From NCBI RefSeq assembly GCF_001194135.2, contig NC_068984.1:136123676-136187675 (forward strand): a DNA stretch of 64,000 nt, written 5' to 3'. The notes below the pieces were generated by a model, which was given only the letters and a program-made list of their open reading frames with translations, had not been told where the DNA came from and did not search any database. Position 1 is the stretch's first letter, and each line of letters begins with the position of its first letter. Shown here one piece after another: positions 38,774-53,150 of the stretch. This DNA comes from Octopus bimaculoides. Its lineage: Eukaryota. The translations under genes were made by a program, and so were the position numbers.

Positions 38774-39799
38774 ATGCTTATTTTCATACCTGTGCATGTG
38801 TGTGTGGCGATGCATAAATATATATTCGTAAAACTATGTATAAATGTTATATATGCATAGGAATTATAAAAATGTCACTTGGAATATGAACGTTTACCAA
38901 CATTCTTATGGAATATATTGACAAAGTTAATGATGAAGTTAATTGCAACTCACCTGTTTTGTCTTCGCATTCGATTATATCTCATATAGTTATTGTATTT
39001 AAATAGAATATACATAATACATACATAATACATATGATATTTCTGAAGAAATACTGTACAATATATCATTTAGTGGAAGGAATACACAGATTTTAGTAGA
39101 ATAACTGCTGTGGAATTTGACATTAAAATGTTTTAAAATACAAAGATTACAAAGTCGTAGAGAAAAATAATGGAATAACTAGACAGAAGTTATATATATT
39201 TAAGCATAAGCTAGTTATTTTAAAAAGAAACCAACATGAAGAGATATGTGAGAGAAGATTACTTTAGAAGTTGAATAGGAAGATTTATGTTAAGAATCAA
39301 ACCATTTGGTGAAAGTCTCGCTTCTTTTGTAGAATATTTCTAATACGAAATGGAATATGGATTAATTTGGGTAGGTTAACTTGAAAGTAAACGATTGTGT
39401 AAGGAGCATTACATCACGAAAACGGTATTAGTAGCAAATCTTTACTTCTTAAAAACAGTTTGCCTGAAGTGGAAAAGTTCATGAAGATTATATAAGAATC
39501 TAAAACTCGCTATTGCATTATACATACTGAATAGTATAAATCACCTGTTTGAAGATATTAAGAAACTATAGAATTGTTAACAATTAATTATCTATCACAA
39601 TAAGAATACGAGAAAATATCTCGAATAGTTACATGAAGATTGACGAGATATGAAAAGTGAGAAAATGTTAGTTTAGAATGATGAATGATGGTTCTGAATA
39701 AAAATTGTTCCTTCATATTGCTAAGCGTCCGCTTCCGAACTTCAGGTGGTACACTTATCTTTTCTTCCATCTTATGCTAGCTCTAGAGGAACGAGCAGC

Positions 39800-40150
39800 G
39801 CCTATGGTTTTTACATGCTCTTTAAGACCAGTGAGATTGACACTGCTAGAATTGTATCTCGGCCGTTACAGGTCCACACTCGCAGGAAATTTATGAAGTG
39901 GGCCAGACATAACTTTGGTAGAGGAAGGTGCTTCATCCGTCACACAACACCTTTCGCCATAGCCACTAGAGAGAAGAACACCGCCTGCCCTACCTTGCTA
40001 AAGGCGGGTAGTGGGGCGAACTTCATGATGGATTCGGCTGATGCCTGCAAGGTCATGCACTGTTTATCTTGATATGAGATCATCGTGTCACGCACATATG
40101 GTTGTGATGCATGTGCCTGATGTACCCTTATCAGATGGGTAGTCATGATG
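39800..40150 (+). mobile_element. GC-richer island, possibly a Tc1 transposase remnant
   Basis: VSRPLQVHTRRKFMKWARH and CPTLLKAGSGANFMM loosely resemble the Tc1 motifs KPLL...RLxWAxxH and PTVKHGGGSxMVWG. No clear catalytic D was found. Confidence 0.25.
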
Positions 40151-40239
40151 GGTATATTAGGCTTCGTATTTGTGTACCCCAGTATGACTTTGATGGAATG
40201 CGCTGCCCTTTCACTTAATAATAATGATAATAATAATAT

Positions 40240-40560
40240 CAATCGTTCCAAATTTCGGCACAAGACCAACAGGTAGAAAAGAAAACGATAGACGATAACA
40301 GTATCCACACAACTTACTTAATACTTCAATTCGACGACCCCGAAGCGATATTTGATTCAGTAGGATTTGAAACATACAATTAAAGCATAGCCATAAGTTT
40401 GAGGTGGGGCTTAAATCGATTATATTGCCATCATTTGTTAATTGGTACTTTTTTTATCCCAGAAGGACTTGACCCAGAAGGTCAAGTTCGTCTGCCGTGG
40501 ATTAGAACTCAGAATGCGAAGGGGTGGACTCAGAGTAATGCATTTTCTCCGAAATTTTAA
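40240..40560 (-). mobile_element. Decayed SINE family 1 copies
   Basis: ccaaatttcggcacaagacc..., cgaccccgaag..., ggtactttttt...ggattagaactcagaatgcgaag...ttaacgattcggcca match parts of the family. Confidence 0.5.
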
Positions 40561-40816
40561 CGATTCGGCCAATCCATCAATTAAACATATTTTATGCCAA
40601 TTGTTTTGTTTTGATAACCTTGCACATCCTGACTAGCACAGGTGAATCAAGAAGACAAGATTACTGAAAAGCAAAAGGAGGATATCAGCTCTTCTGATTG
40701 TTAGCACGATCTTTTCTGACCAAAACATCGTCTGGAAAGTTGTCGATAAATTATCATTGTACAAGAGTCATGATGTGTGAACCTCAGATATAGCGCATTA
40801 AGCTACCAAAGAGTAC

Positions 40817-41085
40817 TAATAATAATTAGACAATTAAGTATGATGAATTATAAATTAAACAAAACCGGAAAAATTGTAGAATACAGTACGAATATGAGAT
40901 ATTTTGGCTCAGGCATTTTGATGTCACTGTTTGGCGGCTTTATATACCTTTAGTATATCTATATTTTTATTAATGTTAAGCAAAAATTTTGATAAATATT
41001 AATTTTAGATAACGCTAACGTACGAAACTCTCGGCCCCTGGGTCACTTTGTTACCTCTGCTAAATGTTAATACATACATACATAC

Positions 41086-41128
<43 letters not shown>

Positions 41129-41665
41129 NNNNNNNNNNNNNNNNNNNNNNNNNNNNNNNNNNNNNNNNNNNNNNNNNNNNNNNNNNNNNNNNNNNNNNNN
41201 NNNNNNNNNNNNNNNNNNNNNNNNNNNNNNNNNNNNNNNNNNNNNNNNNNNNNNNNNNNNNNNNNNNNNNNNNNNNNNNNNNNNNNNNNNNNNNNNNNNN
41301 NNNNNNNNNNNNNNNNNNNNNNNNNNNNNNNNNNNNNNNNNNNNNNNNNNNNNNNNNNNNNNNNNNNNNNNNNNNNNNNNNNNNNNNNNNNTAATAATAA
41401 TTAGACAATTAAGTATGATGAATTATAAATTAAACAAAACCGGAAAAATTGTAGAATACAGTACGAATATGAGATATTTTGGCTCAGGCATTTTGATGTC
41501 ACTGTTTGGCGGCTTTATATACCTTTAGTATATCTATATTTTTATTAATGTTAAGCAAAAATTTTGATAAATATTAATTTTAGATAACGCTAACGTACGA
41601 AACTCTCGGCCCCTGGGTCACTTTGTTACCTCTGCTAAATGTTAATACATACATACATACATATA
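40817..41665. other. Identical ~270-bp direct repeat on both sides of an N-gap (probable assembly overlap)
   Basis: 40817-41090 equals 41392-41665 until the copies diverge in the (TACA)/(TA) microsatellite. Confidence 0.9.
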
Positions 41666-41805
41666 TACATGTATATACGTTCTTGATCACAGTTTCCATA
41701 GCACATATCCTAAACAAAGGAACGAAACGCTACACAAGAAACAACAAAAACAAACATTACAATAAACAACACATACAACTGCAAACACACTCATCAATGT
41801 TACAT

Positions 41806-41865
<60 letters not shown>

Positions 41866-42153
41866 GTAACTCAGACAATATAGCGCCTGGTAGTTTAGTA
41901 GAAGTTCGTGTATGAAACTGGTGGAGACATAACGATGACATTTCCTCATTAATCATCGTAAAATATTTGAACTTATTCCTTTTGCGTTTGTCAACTTCGA
42001 TTAACTGCAGCCGTCTCAATAGTTATATAGTAGGGGGAGGGCAAACGAATGAGTTTTATTATAGGTGTGGGTTCTTTCAGAATGCTGGGTGCACAGATTC
42101 GTTCAAATATCGACTCTGATATAGGACATATAAGAAACGTTAACACACAGACA

Positions 42154-42588
42154 CGTCTGTGTAGTAAATCGTTTGCTTCCCAAAGACATGGTTTCGGGTT
42201 CAGTCCTACTGCGTGGCAAATTGGGCAAATGTCTTCTTTTGTACCTTCGTGCTGACCAAAGCTTTGTGAGTGGATTTGGAAGATGGAAATTGTAAGAAGC
42301 CCATCGTATATATATATGTAGGGGAGGGGTGTATGTGTGCGCGTATGTGTGTATTTGCGCGCGCGTATGTCTTTGTATCTCTTTGTCCTCACCTTCACCG
42401 TTTTACAACCGGCATTGGTGTGTTTACGTCCCCGTATCATAGCTGCTCCTGCAAAAGAAACCGATGGAATAAGTAGCAGGCTTAGATAAATAATTACAGG
42501 GATCGATTCCTTTGACTAAAACTCTTCAAGGCGGTGCTCCAGCATGGCCTCAGTGTAATGACTGTAACAAGTAAACAAGTAAAAGATG
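42154..42588 (+). mobile_element. SINE family 2, full length
   Basis: gtgtagtaaatcgtttgcttcccaaagacatggtttcgggttcagtcctactgcgtggcaaattgggcaaatgtcttc...gaagcccatcgtatata[microsatellite]...acaaccggcattggtgtgtttacgtcccc...aaggcggtgctccagcatggcc...gtaaaagatg. Confidence 0.88.
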
Positions 42589-42689
42589 AAAACTAAATCC
42601 TAATACGTACAAAAATGAATATCCTTCCTTGTTAACAGTGTGTGACAATTGCTTGTATTACACGCACAAGGCCATCGGAGGGAAGGTAA

Positions 42690-42840
42690 CTGTCGATAGC
42701 ATCAGTCTCAGAACTTAACAATGTACTGAAAATTATCGGACCCAGCCTGTCACAGACAGTTGACGTCATCATGATTTGAACTCAGAATATAAAGTAATGC
42801 ATTTTCTCTGAAACTTTAACTATTCTACCAACCTCCACCG
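42690..42840 (-). mobile_element. Decayed SINE family 1 copy
   Basis: ttatcggacccag...gttgacgtcatcatgatttgaactcagaat...ttaactattctacca. Confidence 0.45.
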
Positions 42841-45345
42841 TTGCCGTTCAACGACATTTTAGACATAGGAGCGATAAAAATAAAATGCAAAACAGATCCG
42901 AAGGTTCTTTGAATCTTTGGTGCAGCATCAAAGAAGAAAATTCCAATTTAATTTTCCATTAGGTTTTCAGAAAAAAGAGTAACTGATGCGTAGCACCTTT
43001 ATTCACAATTGTTGATAATTTCTATGTTGAATTAACATAACGGGAAGAAAAATGTTTTAAACGTACTCAAAAACAAACACAAAAACAAGATGTCAGATTA
43101 CTCATAGTCGTTTTTGTTTCGTGTTTAAATTTTTCAATAATTATACGTAACAAACAATTGTTTATTATGTATGCCATATAATTAATTCCTTAAATGATTT
43201 CCATTTTTCTTCCATTCTTCCTCAACACCATAAAATTCTGTTTTTGTTTGTCTTCATTGTTTTGTTTCATTTTTAGATATTTTTTCATCATTTTACTTTT
43301 TATTTATTAATTCAGCATTGTCTTTTAGGTTCAGAATATTTTGTTTAACATTTGTTCATTGGTATTGGATATATTTGTTTATTTATGTTCGCATGAATTT
43401 CGGCACCATGTTTGAGATAAAAAAAAAAACAAAAACAAATATGACATATTACAGGGAATATTAAACCTTCCGGAGAAAACATCAATTTTACAAATTAATG
43501 CATCTATAATGTTTGTAATTAACATTTAACTATGACAAATATAACCATATCCGTGTTACAACACATCAAATGCCACTGTAACAATATTGAGCTATACGTT
43601 TAATAAACAGCAGCCATTTTAACTACATCATCGTCACAAGCATGACATACGAAACAGCCTTGCATAAAATGATACAGTCTGATAAGGAAAATGACACAAT
43701 TTCCGTTGTGATATTCAATCATGTTAGTCAACATTGCAAGATAACATACTTGATGGAATGTAGAAAAGAAATATTCAAAGCTCTTGTCGCTGTCTTTATC
43801 TATATAATTCCCGTTCTAAGCCTGTTCTCCTACTGTTACATTGCTGCTCTTTAATCTATAAAATTACTGGTGAAATCATTTATGGATTTCTTGGAGTTAT
43901 CTCCCCTTTCCTCAGCGAATCTCTGTCAATCGCCGCAAGACTTTTGCTTTCGTATTTCTAATTAAAGGAAGTATTTCAGGGGGAAACATTTTGTACACGT
44001 TTAATATACTCTTTGATTCATTCATGTGAATTCATGATTTTGCCTTTTTTTCTGGTATTTCATTTAGGATTATTTCTTTATAATTTCAGTTACGCATCAA
44101 ACATAATAAGCAAAATCCATAAACGTAATAAACAACATAAAACGCATTACACGTAAGCATCATGTAACTGCAAACTTCATTATGGTGACAAAAAATAAGC
44201 ACCGTAATATATTGCCACAGCTTTTCATTCATACATATCTGCAACTTAGATCGATCTAGTTTTCCCATATAAATTTGAGTAAGGAATTTGATTCATATTT
44301 GCATGAAATTATTCCGCTTTATTCAGAGAGACACTAAAAGATATACGAATAACACAGCAGTCCTTTTTACAGGCGTGTCTTTGTGTCATACCACATACCA
44401 TTCTTCAAGTCCGTTTACTGGTTGGAACTACGTCACATCTACAATAACTTGACCTGACAACGAACAGCACGTAGATCGAGAGACTGAAACTATTTTTTCT
44501 TTAGGCTGTAATTACATATTATTCGGATAAAGTCATCACCTCAATATCCTGCAATGGCTCATCTAGTTATGATTGAACTGATCTGGGAATTGACGTAGCA
44601 CTGCTTACAACAAATAAATGAAAGATTTTAGACGTTCTTTCAAAACCTGAGCCCATGTACAACAATTTCAAAGGAGGAGAGATATTATTTCAGAGATTGT
44701 TGCTTCAGCCATTTGCATGTTACTACCAGCACCACACTGACCTGTTCTTATACCAATATATCCAAATTTGTTTCAAAAAATATCATGGAACTAAAGCTAT
44801 ATACGACGCAAGAGAGCTCCATTAATTTAAATAGTGAAACACGTTTTCAGTTAATAATGTATTATGGAGCTAGTATGAGCCAAAAACAGCGGCATAGCTG
44901 TCCATACACTGCAGAAACTCAAAGCCATCATTTGTGATTGTGTTGGTGAACAGGTTTGGGGATTTTATTCAAGATCTCAGATTTGTATTTAAAGAAATAT
45001 ATATATATATATATANNNNNNNNNNNNNNNNNNNNNNNNNNNNNNNNNNNNNNNNNNNNNNNNNNNNNNNNNNNNNNNNNNNNNNNNNNNNNNNNNNNNN
45101 NNNNNNNNNNNNNNNNNNNNNNNNNNNNNNNNNNNNNNNNNNNNNNNNNNNNNNNNNNNNNNNNNNNNNNNNNNNNNNNNNNNNNNNNNNNNNNNNNNNN
45201 NNNNNNNNNNNNNNNNNNNNNNNNNNNNNNNNNNNNNNNNNNNNNNNNNNNNNNNNNNNNNNNNNNNNNNNNNNNNNNNNNNNNNNNNNNNNNNNNNNNN
45301 NNNNNNNNNNNNNNNNNNNNNNNNNNNNNNNNNNNNNNNNNNNNN

Positions 45346-45412
<67 letters not shown>

Positions 45413-45729
45413 TGTTGCAAACTTTCACGCTTCTTAATTTGGGCCAAACGGAATCAGATGTAATATCTGCTTTTAACATTAAATTTCGCCATCGTTCAAC
45501 TTGCACAAGGTATAAAATATAAGATATTGTCTTTTGAAAGGAGCAGTTGTACTTTTACGTGTGTGTGTGTGCGCGTGTGTTGGGGGGTATGTGTGTGTGT
45601 ATTCGTGCATGCGTGTATGTGTACGTGCGTGCGTGCGTACATGCGTGCGTACGTGTGTGCGTGTGTATGTGCGCGCGGGATTGTGTGAGTACGTGTGTGC
45701 GCTTGTGTGTGGATTGGGGTATGCATTTG

Positions 45730-46642
45730 ACAGAAAGCGTCGAAAACAAACCAAGGTCAGAAGATCTGTTAAGGACGATGAAGTTTTGCTTGCAATGACT
45801 GAACATCAGCCAAACCTCAAACTCTCGTACATTGTCAGCAGAAATTTGTCGTTGACGAAGTACGATCAATCGACACCTGCATAAGCTCGGCCTTGTGAAC
45901 AGAGGATATCAAGAAACTCGCTATGAACTGGTCCATGACCAGGATCAACAACGTGTGAACATTTGCAAACAACTGCTGGCAAATCCTCCAGATTCCCGTT
46001 TTTTGGCGTCGAGATGTAATTGGAATGAAAAGTGGATCTATTTCTTTGATTCTGATAGAGAAATCAGTGGATTCGTTCTGGTCTGACTTCACAGCATGTC
46101 AGACAAGTACGGTTTGGACAGGTCATGTTCTGCATTTGGAAGAATTTCCACCGGTTGTTGCACTTTGAGCTTCTCTCAGATGGTCATACTGTGAACGCTT
46201 AACCACTATGCACAACAATTATAACGAGTCCGTGATTATTCGAAATTCCACTACACAGCATTGGTGAATCGAAGACGGGCACTCCTTCGTAAGAAAATGC
46301 CCCTGCAGGCACAGCCAACGTAACGAATCTTAAACTTCAGTAGTTTGAGGAACTTGAGGGTCTGGAATTGCTGCCTCACCCTGCCTACAGTCCACATCTT
46401 GCACCATGAGATTAAAAAATTTTCTGAGTCATGGCTCATTTCCTGCCCAGGCGGAGGTTCAACAATATCGTTGAGTTTAAAAACGGGATGAAGGAGGTTT
46501 TTACCTCTAAATCCGCCAAGTGTCAAAAACGATAGCAACAGAAAATAGAACATGGGATATATTTTGATGAATAAACGACTTTATTTGCAATGTTTAGAAC
46601 AGATTTGTTGAAAAATAGTAAAATTGTTTAAAGTCAAACATA
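45730..46642 (+). pseudogene. Mariner transposase pseudogene (DD34D-type remnant)
   Basis: Across frameshifts: VENKPRS, HLHKLGL, QQRVNICKQLL...FL, then IGNEKWIYF (the TGDEKW motif, first D mutated). These are followed by VMFCIWKNFHRLLHFELLSDGHTVNA, ENAPAGTANVT (DNA motif), LELLPHPAYSPHLAP*D (YSPDLAPxD) and IEHGIYFDE*. Confidence 0.9.
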
Positions 46643-47029
46643 GATGCTTGTGAGTGCAAGCCTGTATGTATGTATGTATGTATGTATGTATGTATGTCTG
46701 TATGTATGTATGTATGTGTGTATGTATGTATGTGTTGTGACAGAGTGAGGGGTGTGCGTGAGGTTATTTATATCCTACAGGGCCTCTGTTTCTCAAAGTT
46801 ATCCTTGGATTTGTATATCTATGTGCAGGTCAAACCATGGGGTCTGTTCACTTTTTGGATACCTAACAGATACTAATGCATGTAATGCTTTCTTCTTGAT
46901 GCTACTAGCATTTTCACCAATATATCAGTCGCCAATTGGGGTCAGTTTTTGGGATCATTTTCTTCACAAGTCATACAATGAAACGGATCAAATACTGCAA
47001 ATAAAAATGACTCTAATCGATGCGCCACT

Positions 47030-47135
47030 CTATGAACCTTGATTAGTATTTCGTTATCGATACCAAAAAGATGAAAGGCTATGTTGACCTCATTGGAGTT
47101 TCAACACACAGCACAGAGGATCGGAACAAATCAAC
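47030..47135 (-). mobile_element. Decayed SINE family 1 fragment
   Basis: gttatcgataccaaaaagatgaaaggctatgttgacctcattggagtttcaacacacag. Confidence 0.5.
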
Positions 47136-49138
47136 TCAGGGAATTGCAATCATATTAATTTATTCATATAATTAACTAAATATAACATCCGCACAGAAGA
47201 ATGTGATCATTTTTAATTACTCGTGAAATTATATTTATTGATCTCTTTTCTCCCTACTCACAAGATGTTCGGTTTACAAGCTTCCGAAACAGGATTTTGA
47301 TATTTTATGTTCTTCCCAAGGATATTTGTGTTTTAAATAGTACAATATTAATTCACTCTGGAATTATAAATTGCACCGCAGACAAGTTTCCCAAATTTAC
47401 ACACAAATCTATAATCATCACTGAATAATGCATAAAGCAAAAGTTCTATATCTGAGGTGCCCTTGGGAGAAACAGAAAAAGGATTCAAGGAAAGATATGG
47501 TTAAAAATTGATTGTTGGATTCGTGTGGTAGCTGAGAAGCTGTCTTATTGTGACACAATAAAATGTTGACACGTTCTACTTTCTTAAAATTAATATTTTT
47601 CATAATTTCCACTAATTTATGAAAATAAAAAGGTGAATTAGCTTAGGTGACATTCAAAATTTCTTGATAGCGTAATTAACATACGTGAAATGAAAAGGTT
47701 TCTTTCAAGAGAAACTGAAATACTTTTGCAGTTTCTGATAATCAGATCTGCTAACTTGCTCTGCTGCACTAAATATGTACGGAAATCAAGTTGCATAAAG
47801 ATGATGTAAAAACGTGAATGAACCTCCGTCAGTTGTGATGATGAAGATTTAGTTAATCTATCTGCTGAATTACCTGCTCATTGAATTAGCTTATAAGTGG
47901 CTGAGTATTCCACTGAAACGTGTACCATTAAAGCAACCTACAATAGGATCAATATAGTTCCATTTTTGACAAGGTTGTACCGTTGAGTTACAGATAAAGT
48001 CTATCGGACGGGTTTTTGTGCAGTTTCCGACTACGCATTTTCACATTGTGTTGATACGAAACAAAGATAAAAGACATTTTTCTCAAGATATCACAGAATA
48101 GGATTGAAACCGCATCATCTTTATAGCAACAAAAGTATATAGAAAGCTAATTCTGCGATAACGGTTTTGTTTCTGCTTCATGTATGTCATATTACTTTTG
48201 CCCTCATTAATTGTATAAACATTATGCTTGCGTGATTTTGCCGAGCTTGGCACACCAGTTGACAACAAATCAATGATGGCCTGATCGTACTATGCAGTTG
48301 CCAAGCATAGCCACACTACCAAAGACAAAAATCAAAATGCTGTGGCAATAGTTATGGCGCGCACTATATCTGGAAACCTAGTCTCTATTCACTGATATTT
48401 ATTTTGCAAACATTGCATTAGTGTAACTATAGTAGAAATTAATTTTATGCAATTTTACGTTTTGCCTTGGAAAAATGTAGCAAATATTATAAAGGACTGG
48501 ACTAATATATTTCTATCTAATTTTATCAATTCAATTTTTAAAAAACTGAAAAATCGATTGTGTATTTCTCTACATCAAAGTGGATAAAACAAGAATCATT
48601 AATAATATTTAAGTATAAACATCCTCTCTGTAAAATTACTGTTAATTTTAATTATTTGCTTTGATTGCATATCCGAAAGAGTTAACATACGTATCGAAAA
48701 GCCCACGTAAAATGAATAATTACATTTTTGTAAAAAAACAAAAAATACGTATTTAAACATCGTATTTATGTTTGTATATGTCTACGGAGATCCATTCTTA
48801 ATATTAGATATTCAAACAATACTTAGATATAAATATATTTCCAAATCTACATATTTTTTTCATTCTCGTTTTGTTTTTCATTGTCATTGATTCAACAATA
48901 AAACCTCGCCTTTTTTTAATACATCGGCATCATTGTGTAAACATTCCCAGCACAATACCAAAATACTTATAAAAAGAATTTACGTAAAAACAAAATGGAC
49001 GTCTAAATTCCTTAGAAATTTTTACCTAAAGAATTTCATTTCTTTCCAGTTCTAAAAATAATTAGTTGCTTAGATACAATCTCTGGCGATATTTTAAGCG
49101 GACTAGATACATGCGTTAGTGTATCTGACCATCTCTCA

Positions 49139-49140
<2 letters not shown>

Positions 49141-49194
<54 letters not shown>
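49141..49194. repeat. (CT)n microsatellite running into a gap
   Basis: Visible. Confidence 0.97.
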
Positions 49195-49831
49195 NNNNNN
49201 NNNNNNNNNNNNNNNNNNNNNNNNNNNNNNNNNNNNNNNNNNNNNNNNNNNNNNNNNNNNNNNNNNNNNNNNNNNNNNNNNNNNNNNNNNNNNNNNNNNN
49301 NNNNNNNNNNNNNNNNNNNNNNNNNNNNNNNNNNNNNNNNNNNNNNNNNNNNNNNNNNNNNNNNNNNNNNNNNNNNNNNNNNNNNNNNNNNNNNNNNNNN
49401 NNNNNNNNNNNNNNNNNNNNNNNNNNNNNNNNNNNNNNNNNNNNNNNNNNNNNNNNNNNNNNNNNNNNNNNNNNNNNNNNNNNNNNNNNNNNNNNNNNNN
49501 NNNNNNNNNNNNNNNNNNNNNNNNNNNNNNNNNNNNNNNNNNNNNNNNNNNNNNNNNNNNNNNNNNNNNNNNNNNNNNNNNNNNNNNNNNNNNNNNNNNN
49601 NNNNNNNNNNNNNNNNNNNNNNNNNNNNNNNNNNNNNNNNNNNNNNNNNNNNNNNNNNNNNNNNNNNNNNNNNNNNNNNNNNNNNNNNNNNNNNNNNNNN
49701 NNNNNNNNNNNNNNNNNNNNNNNNNNNNNNNNNNNNNNNNNNNNNNNNNNNNNNNNNNNNNNNNNNNNNNNNNNNNNNNNNNNNNNNNNNNNNNNNNNNN
49801 NNNNNNNNNNNNNNNNNNNNNNNNNNNNNNN

Positions 49832-49867
<36 letters not shown>

Positions 49868-50435
49868 ATATATGTATATATGCATTTATGTAAACATGTT
49901 TGTATGTATATACATGTATGCATCGATCTAGCTGTCTCTAGGTCAGTCTATCTCTAGATAGATAGATAGATACATATATACATACATACATACATATATC
50001 GATAACTAGATAGATAAATAGATAGATAGCGTGTAAGAGATACAAATAGAAAGTGAGACAGATGATGGATAGAGAGAACAAAAATGTAAATATATGCATA
50101 TTTCATTTTCTCCAAATTTATATATATCTCGGAGCTTTTCTCCCTATCTTCCTGTCTTTTGTTTTCCTCACTTACTCCATCCCTATTCATATCTCACATT
50201 ATATCGCTATACAGGTATGCATGCACACAATCACTCGCCATTTCAAAGACGCTTATTCATATATTCTAGCGAATAAACACTTCAATGTATGCATCTACAT
50301 ATGCATCTATTATATTAAATTAGCCAAGCATCCTCAAGGGATGGATGATATTTATATATATATATACATATACATACGAACTTAACTATATATGCATATG
50401 TGTGTGTGCCTGTGTGTGTGTATGTATATATATAG

Positions 50436-50496
<61 letters not shown>

Positions 50497-50589
50497 TGTG
50501 TATGAGTGTGTGTGTGTGAATATATATATATATATATGTGTATGTATGTATGTGTATATATATATATATATATTTATATATATGTATTT

Positions 50590-50640
<51 letters not shown>

Positions 50641-52329
50641 GTGTGTGTGTGTACGGTTGTTTGTATGAAAACGATAGTGAACGGATCAACGAAGTAAGGA
50701 AGTAAGACGATAAGAGAGAAAGAAACGTGGAAACAAGCTAACGGAGAGAGGGAGAAAGAGAAATAGAGATAGAAAGGATGGAAGAAACCCTATAACGGTA
50801 GCTGTAGCTCTGGTATAATATATAAAATGAAACCTTTTGTCTCGTGATGAGCAGCTTCATATGATAGGCTGCATCTTCGTATCTCTTTCAGGTTGCGAAA
50901 CGATATCTGTGGCTAGAGGATAGTTTCAAGACTTTGTATACAGTACGTATAATGTACATTAATAAGGCCAAGGAACATTCTTATTAATAAATAAAAGCTG
51001 CAACATATGTTTATCAAGAATTTCTAATTGAAAATAATTTTATGTTGCATATATATATATATATATATANNNNNNNNNNNNNNNNNNNNNNNNNNNNNNN
51101 NNNNNNNNNNNNNNNNNNNNNNNNNNNNNNNNNNNNNNNNNNNNNNNNNNNNNNNNNNNNNNNNNNNNNNNNNNNNNNNNNNNNNNNNNNNNNNNNNNNN
51201 NNNNNNNNNNNNNNNNNNNNNNNNNNNNNNNNNNNNNNNNNNNNNNNNNNNNNNNNNNNNNNNNNNNNNNNNNNNNNNNNNNNNNNNNNNNNNNNNNNNN
51301 NNNNNNNNNNNNNNNNNNNNNNNNNNNNNNNNNNNNNNNNNNNNNNNNNNNNNNNNNNNNNNNNNNNNNNNNNNNNNNNNNNNNNNNNNNNNNNNNNNNN
51401 NNNNNNNNNNNNNNNNNNNNNNNNNNNNNNNNNNNNNNNNNNNNNNNNNNNNNNNNNNNNNNNNNNNNNNNNNNNNNNNNNNNNNNNNNNNNNNNNNNNN
51501 NNNNNNNNNNNNNNNNNNNNNNNNNNNNNNNNNNNNNNNNNNNNNNNNNNNNNNNNNNNNNNNNNNNNNNNNNNNNNNNNNNNNNNNNNNNNNNNNNNNN
51601 NNNNNNNNNNNNNNNNNNNNNNNNNNNNNNNNNNNNNNNNNNNNNNNNNNNNNNNNNNNNNNNNNNNNNNNNNNNNNNNNNNNNNNNNNNNNNNNNNNNN
51701 NNNNNNNNNNNNNNNNNNNNNNNNNNNNNNNNNNNNNNNNNNNNNNNNNNNNNNNNNNNNNNNNNNNNNNNNNNNNNNNNNNNNNNNNNNNNNNNNNNNN
51801 NNNNNNNNNNNNNNNNNNNNNNNNNNNNNNNNNNNNNNNNNNNNNNNNNNNNNNNNNNNNNNNNNNNNNNNNNNNNNNNNNNNNNNNNNNNNNNNNNNNN
51901 NNNNNNNNNNNNNNNNNNNNNNNNNNNNNNNNNNNNNNNNNNNNNNTTTTTATAATTTTTGGCATATTTTTAAAAAATTCAAAATTTTTAAATAACTTTT
52001 ACGTTATTGGCAAGAAAAGCCTTATAATCTCATTCTACCTCCCATAATTCTATTAACTGGAATTTTTTAATGAAATTTTAATTTCTAGCATAAAACAACC
52101 TTAGAAACACGCTGGAATGATCAAAATAACATTTCAAAAACAAACATTTTAAATAGAAATAAGCGAGATATTGGGTGAAAAATTAGCAAACCTCATTTGA
52201 ATATCAGCGAAATATACCTAGTAGATATAGCAAAAAGGTTAGATATGTGTAAATATTGACAGATAATTATGAAATTTGTAATTTTTAAGTGATCTAATAT
52301 GAGATCACTGGTAGGTAGTGGGTTAATAA

Positions 52330-52536
52330 CAGTTTGAAATGTTGTCACAGTACTAGCAGTTATTGTGGGTCGGGGAATTCGACTACATCAACCTCAGTAC
52401 TGTCACTTATTTTCTCGACCCCGAAAGGACAAAAGGTAGAGTCGACCTCAGCGGAATTTGAACTCAGAACGTAAAGACAGACAAAATGACGCTAAGTAAG
52501 TTGTGTATCGTGCTAACGATTCTCGCAGCTCGCCGC
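52330..52536 (-). mobile_element. SINE family 1, near full length
   Basis: cgaccccgaaaggacaaaaggtagagtcgacctcagcggaatttgaactcagaacgtaaagacagacaaaatgacgctaag...gtgctaacgattctcgcagctcgccgc. Confidence 0.85.
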
Positions 52537-52903
52537 ACTGTTACATTTTCTAATAATGCCGTGTATTATGTGGTTTGAGGAAATATACGCAAAAGAAAGT
52601 GATATACAAATTGTAAACAATTTATGAACGAGATAACATAAGACGTGATATAACAATGCGTGCATTAATTAATAGCAGAGAATACCAGATTAATTATTAT
52701 TAAAGCATGAGTCCATATAATAACCTGATAGGAAGTTAATTAATGGATGCACACGCGTATACCAATCTGCATTTTGAAAGAAAGAAAGACCATATCTGAA
52801 GTCTCCCTACGTACACATGTGCATACTTGTGCACACATGCATATTCATACGCACACACTCTCATGCATATACTCATGCATACAAACACAGACACTTACAC
52901 ATT

Positions 52904-52950
<47 letters not shown>

Positions 52951-53046
52951 ATGACAGATAGATATATAGATAATGGATAGATTGATAGATAGATAGATAG
53001 ACAGACATATAGACAAACAGACTGATAGACAGATAGATAGACATAC

Positions 53047-53144
<98 letters not shown>

Positions 53145-53150
53145 ACAGAT
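52904..53150. repeat. Compound (AGAT)n-(AGAC)n-(AGGC)n microsatellite
   Basis: Visible stepwise change of the unit. Confidence 0.96.

Noticed and set aside
43642-43854. ORF ending VAVFIYIIPVLSLFSYCYIAAL, like GPCR TM5
   Set aside because: It stops immediately afterwards with no splice donor and no other TM segments in frame. AT-rich DNA readily encodes hydrophobic runs.
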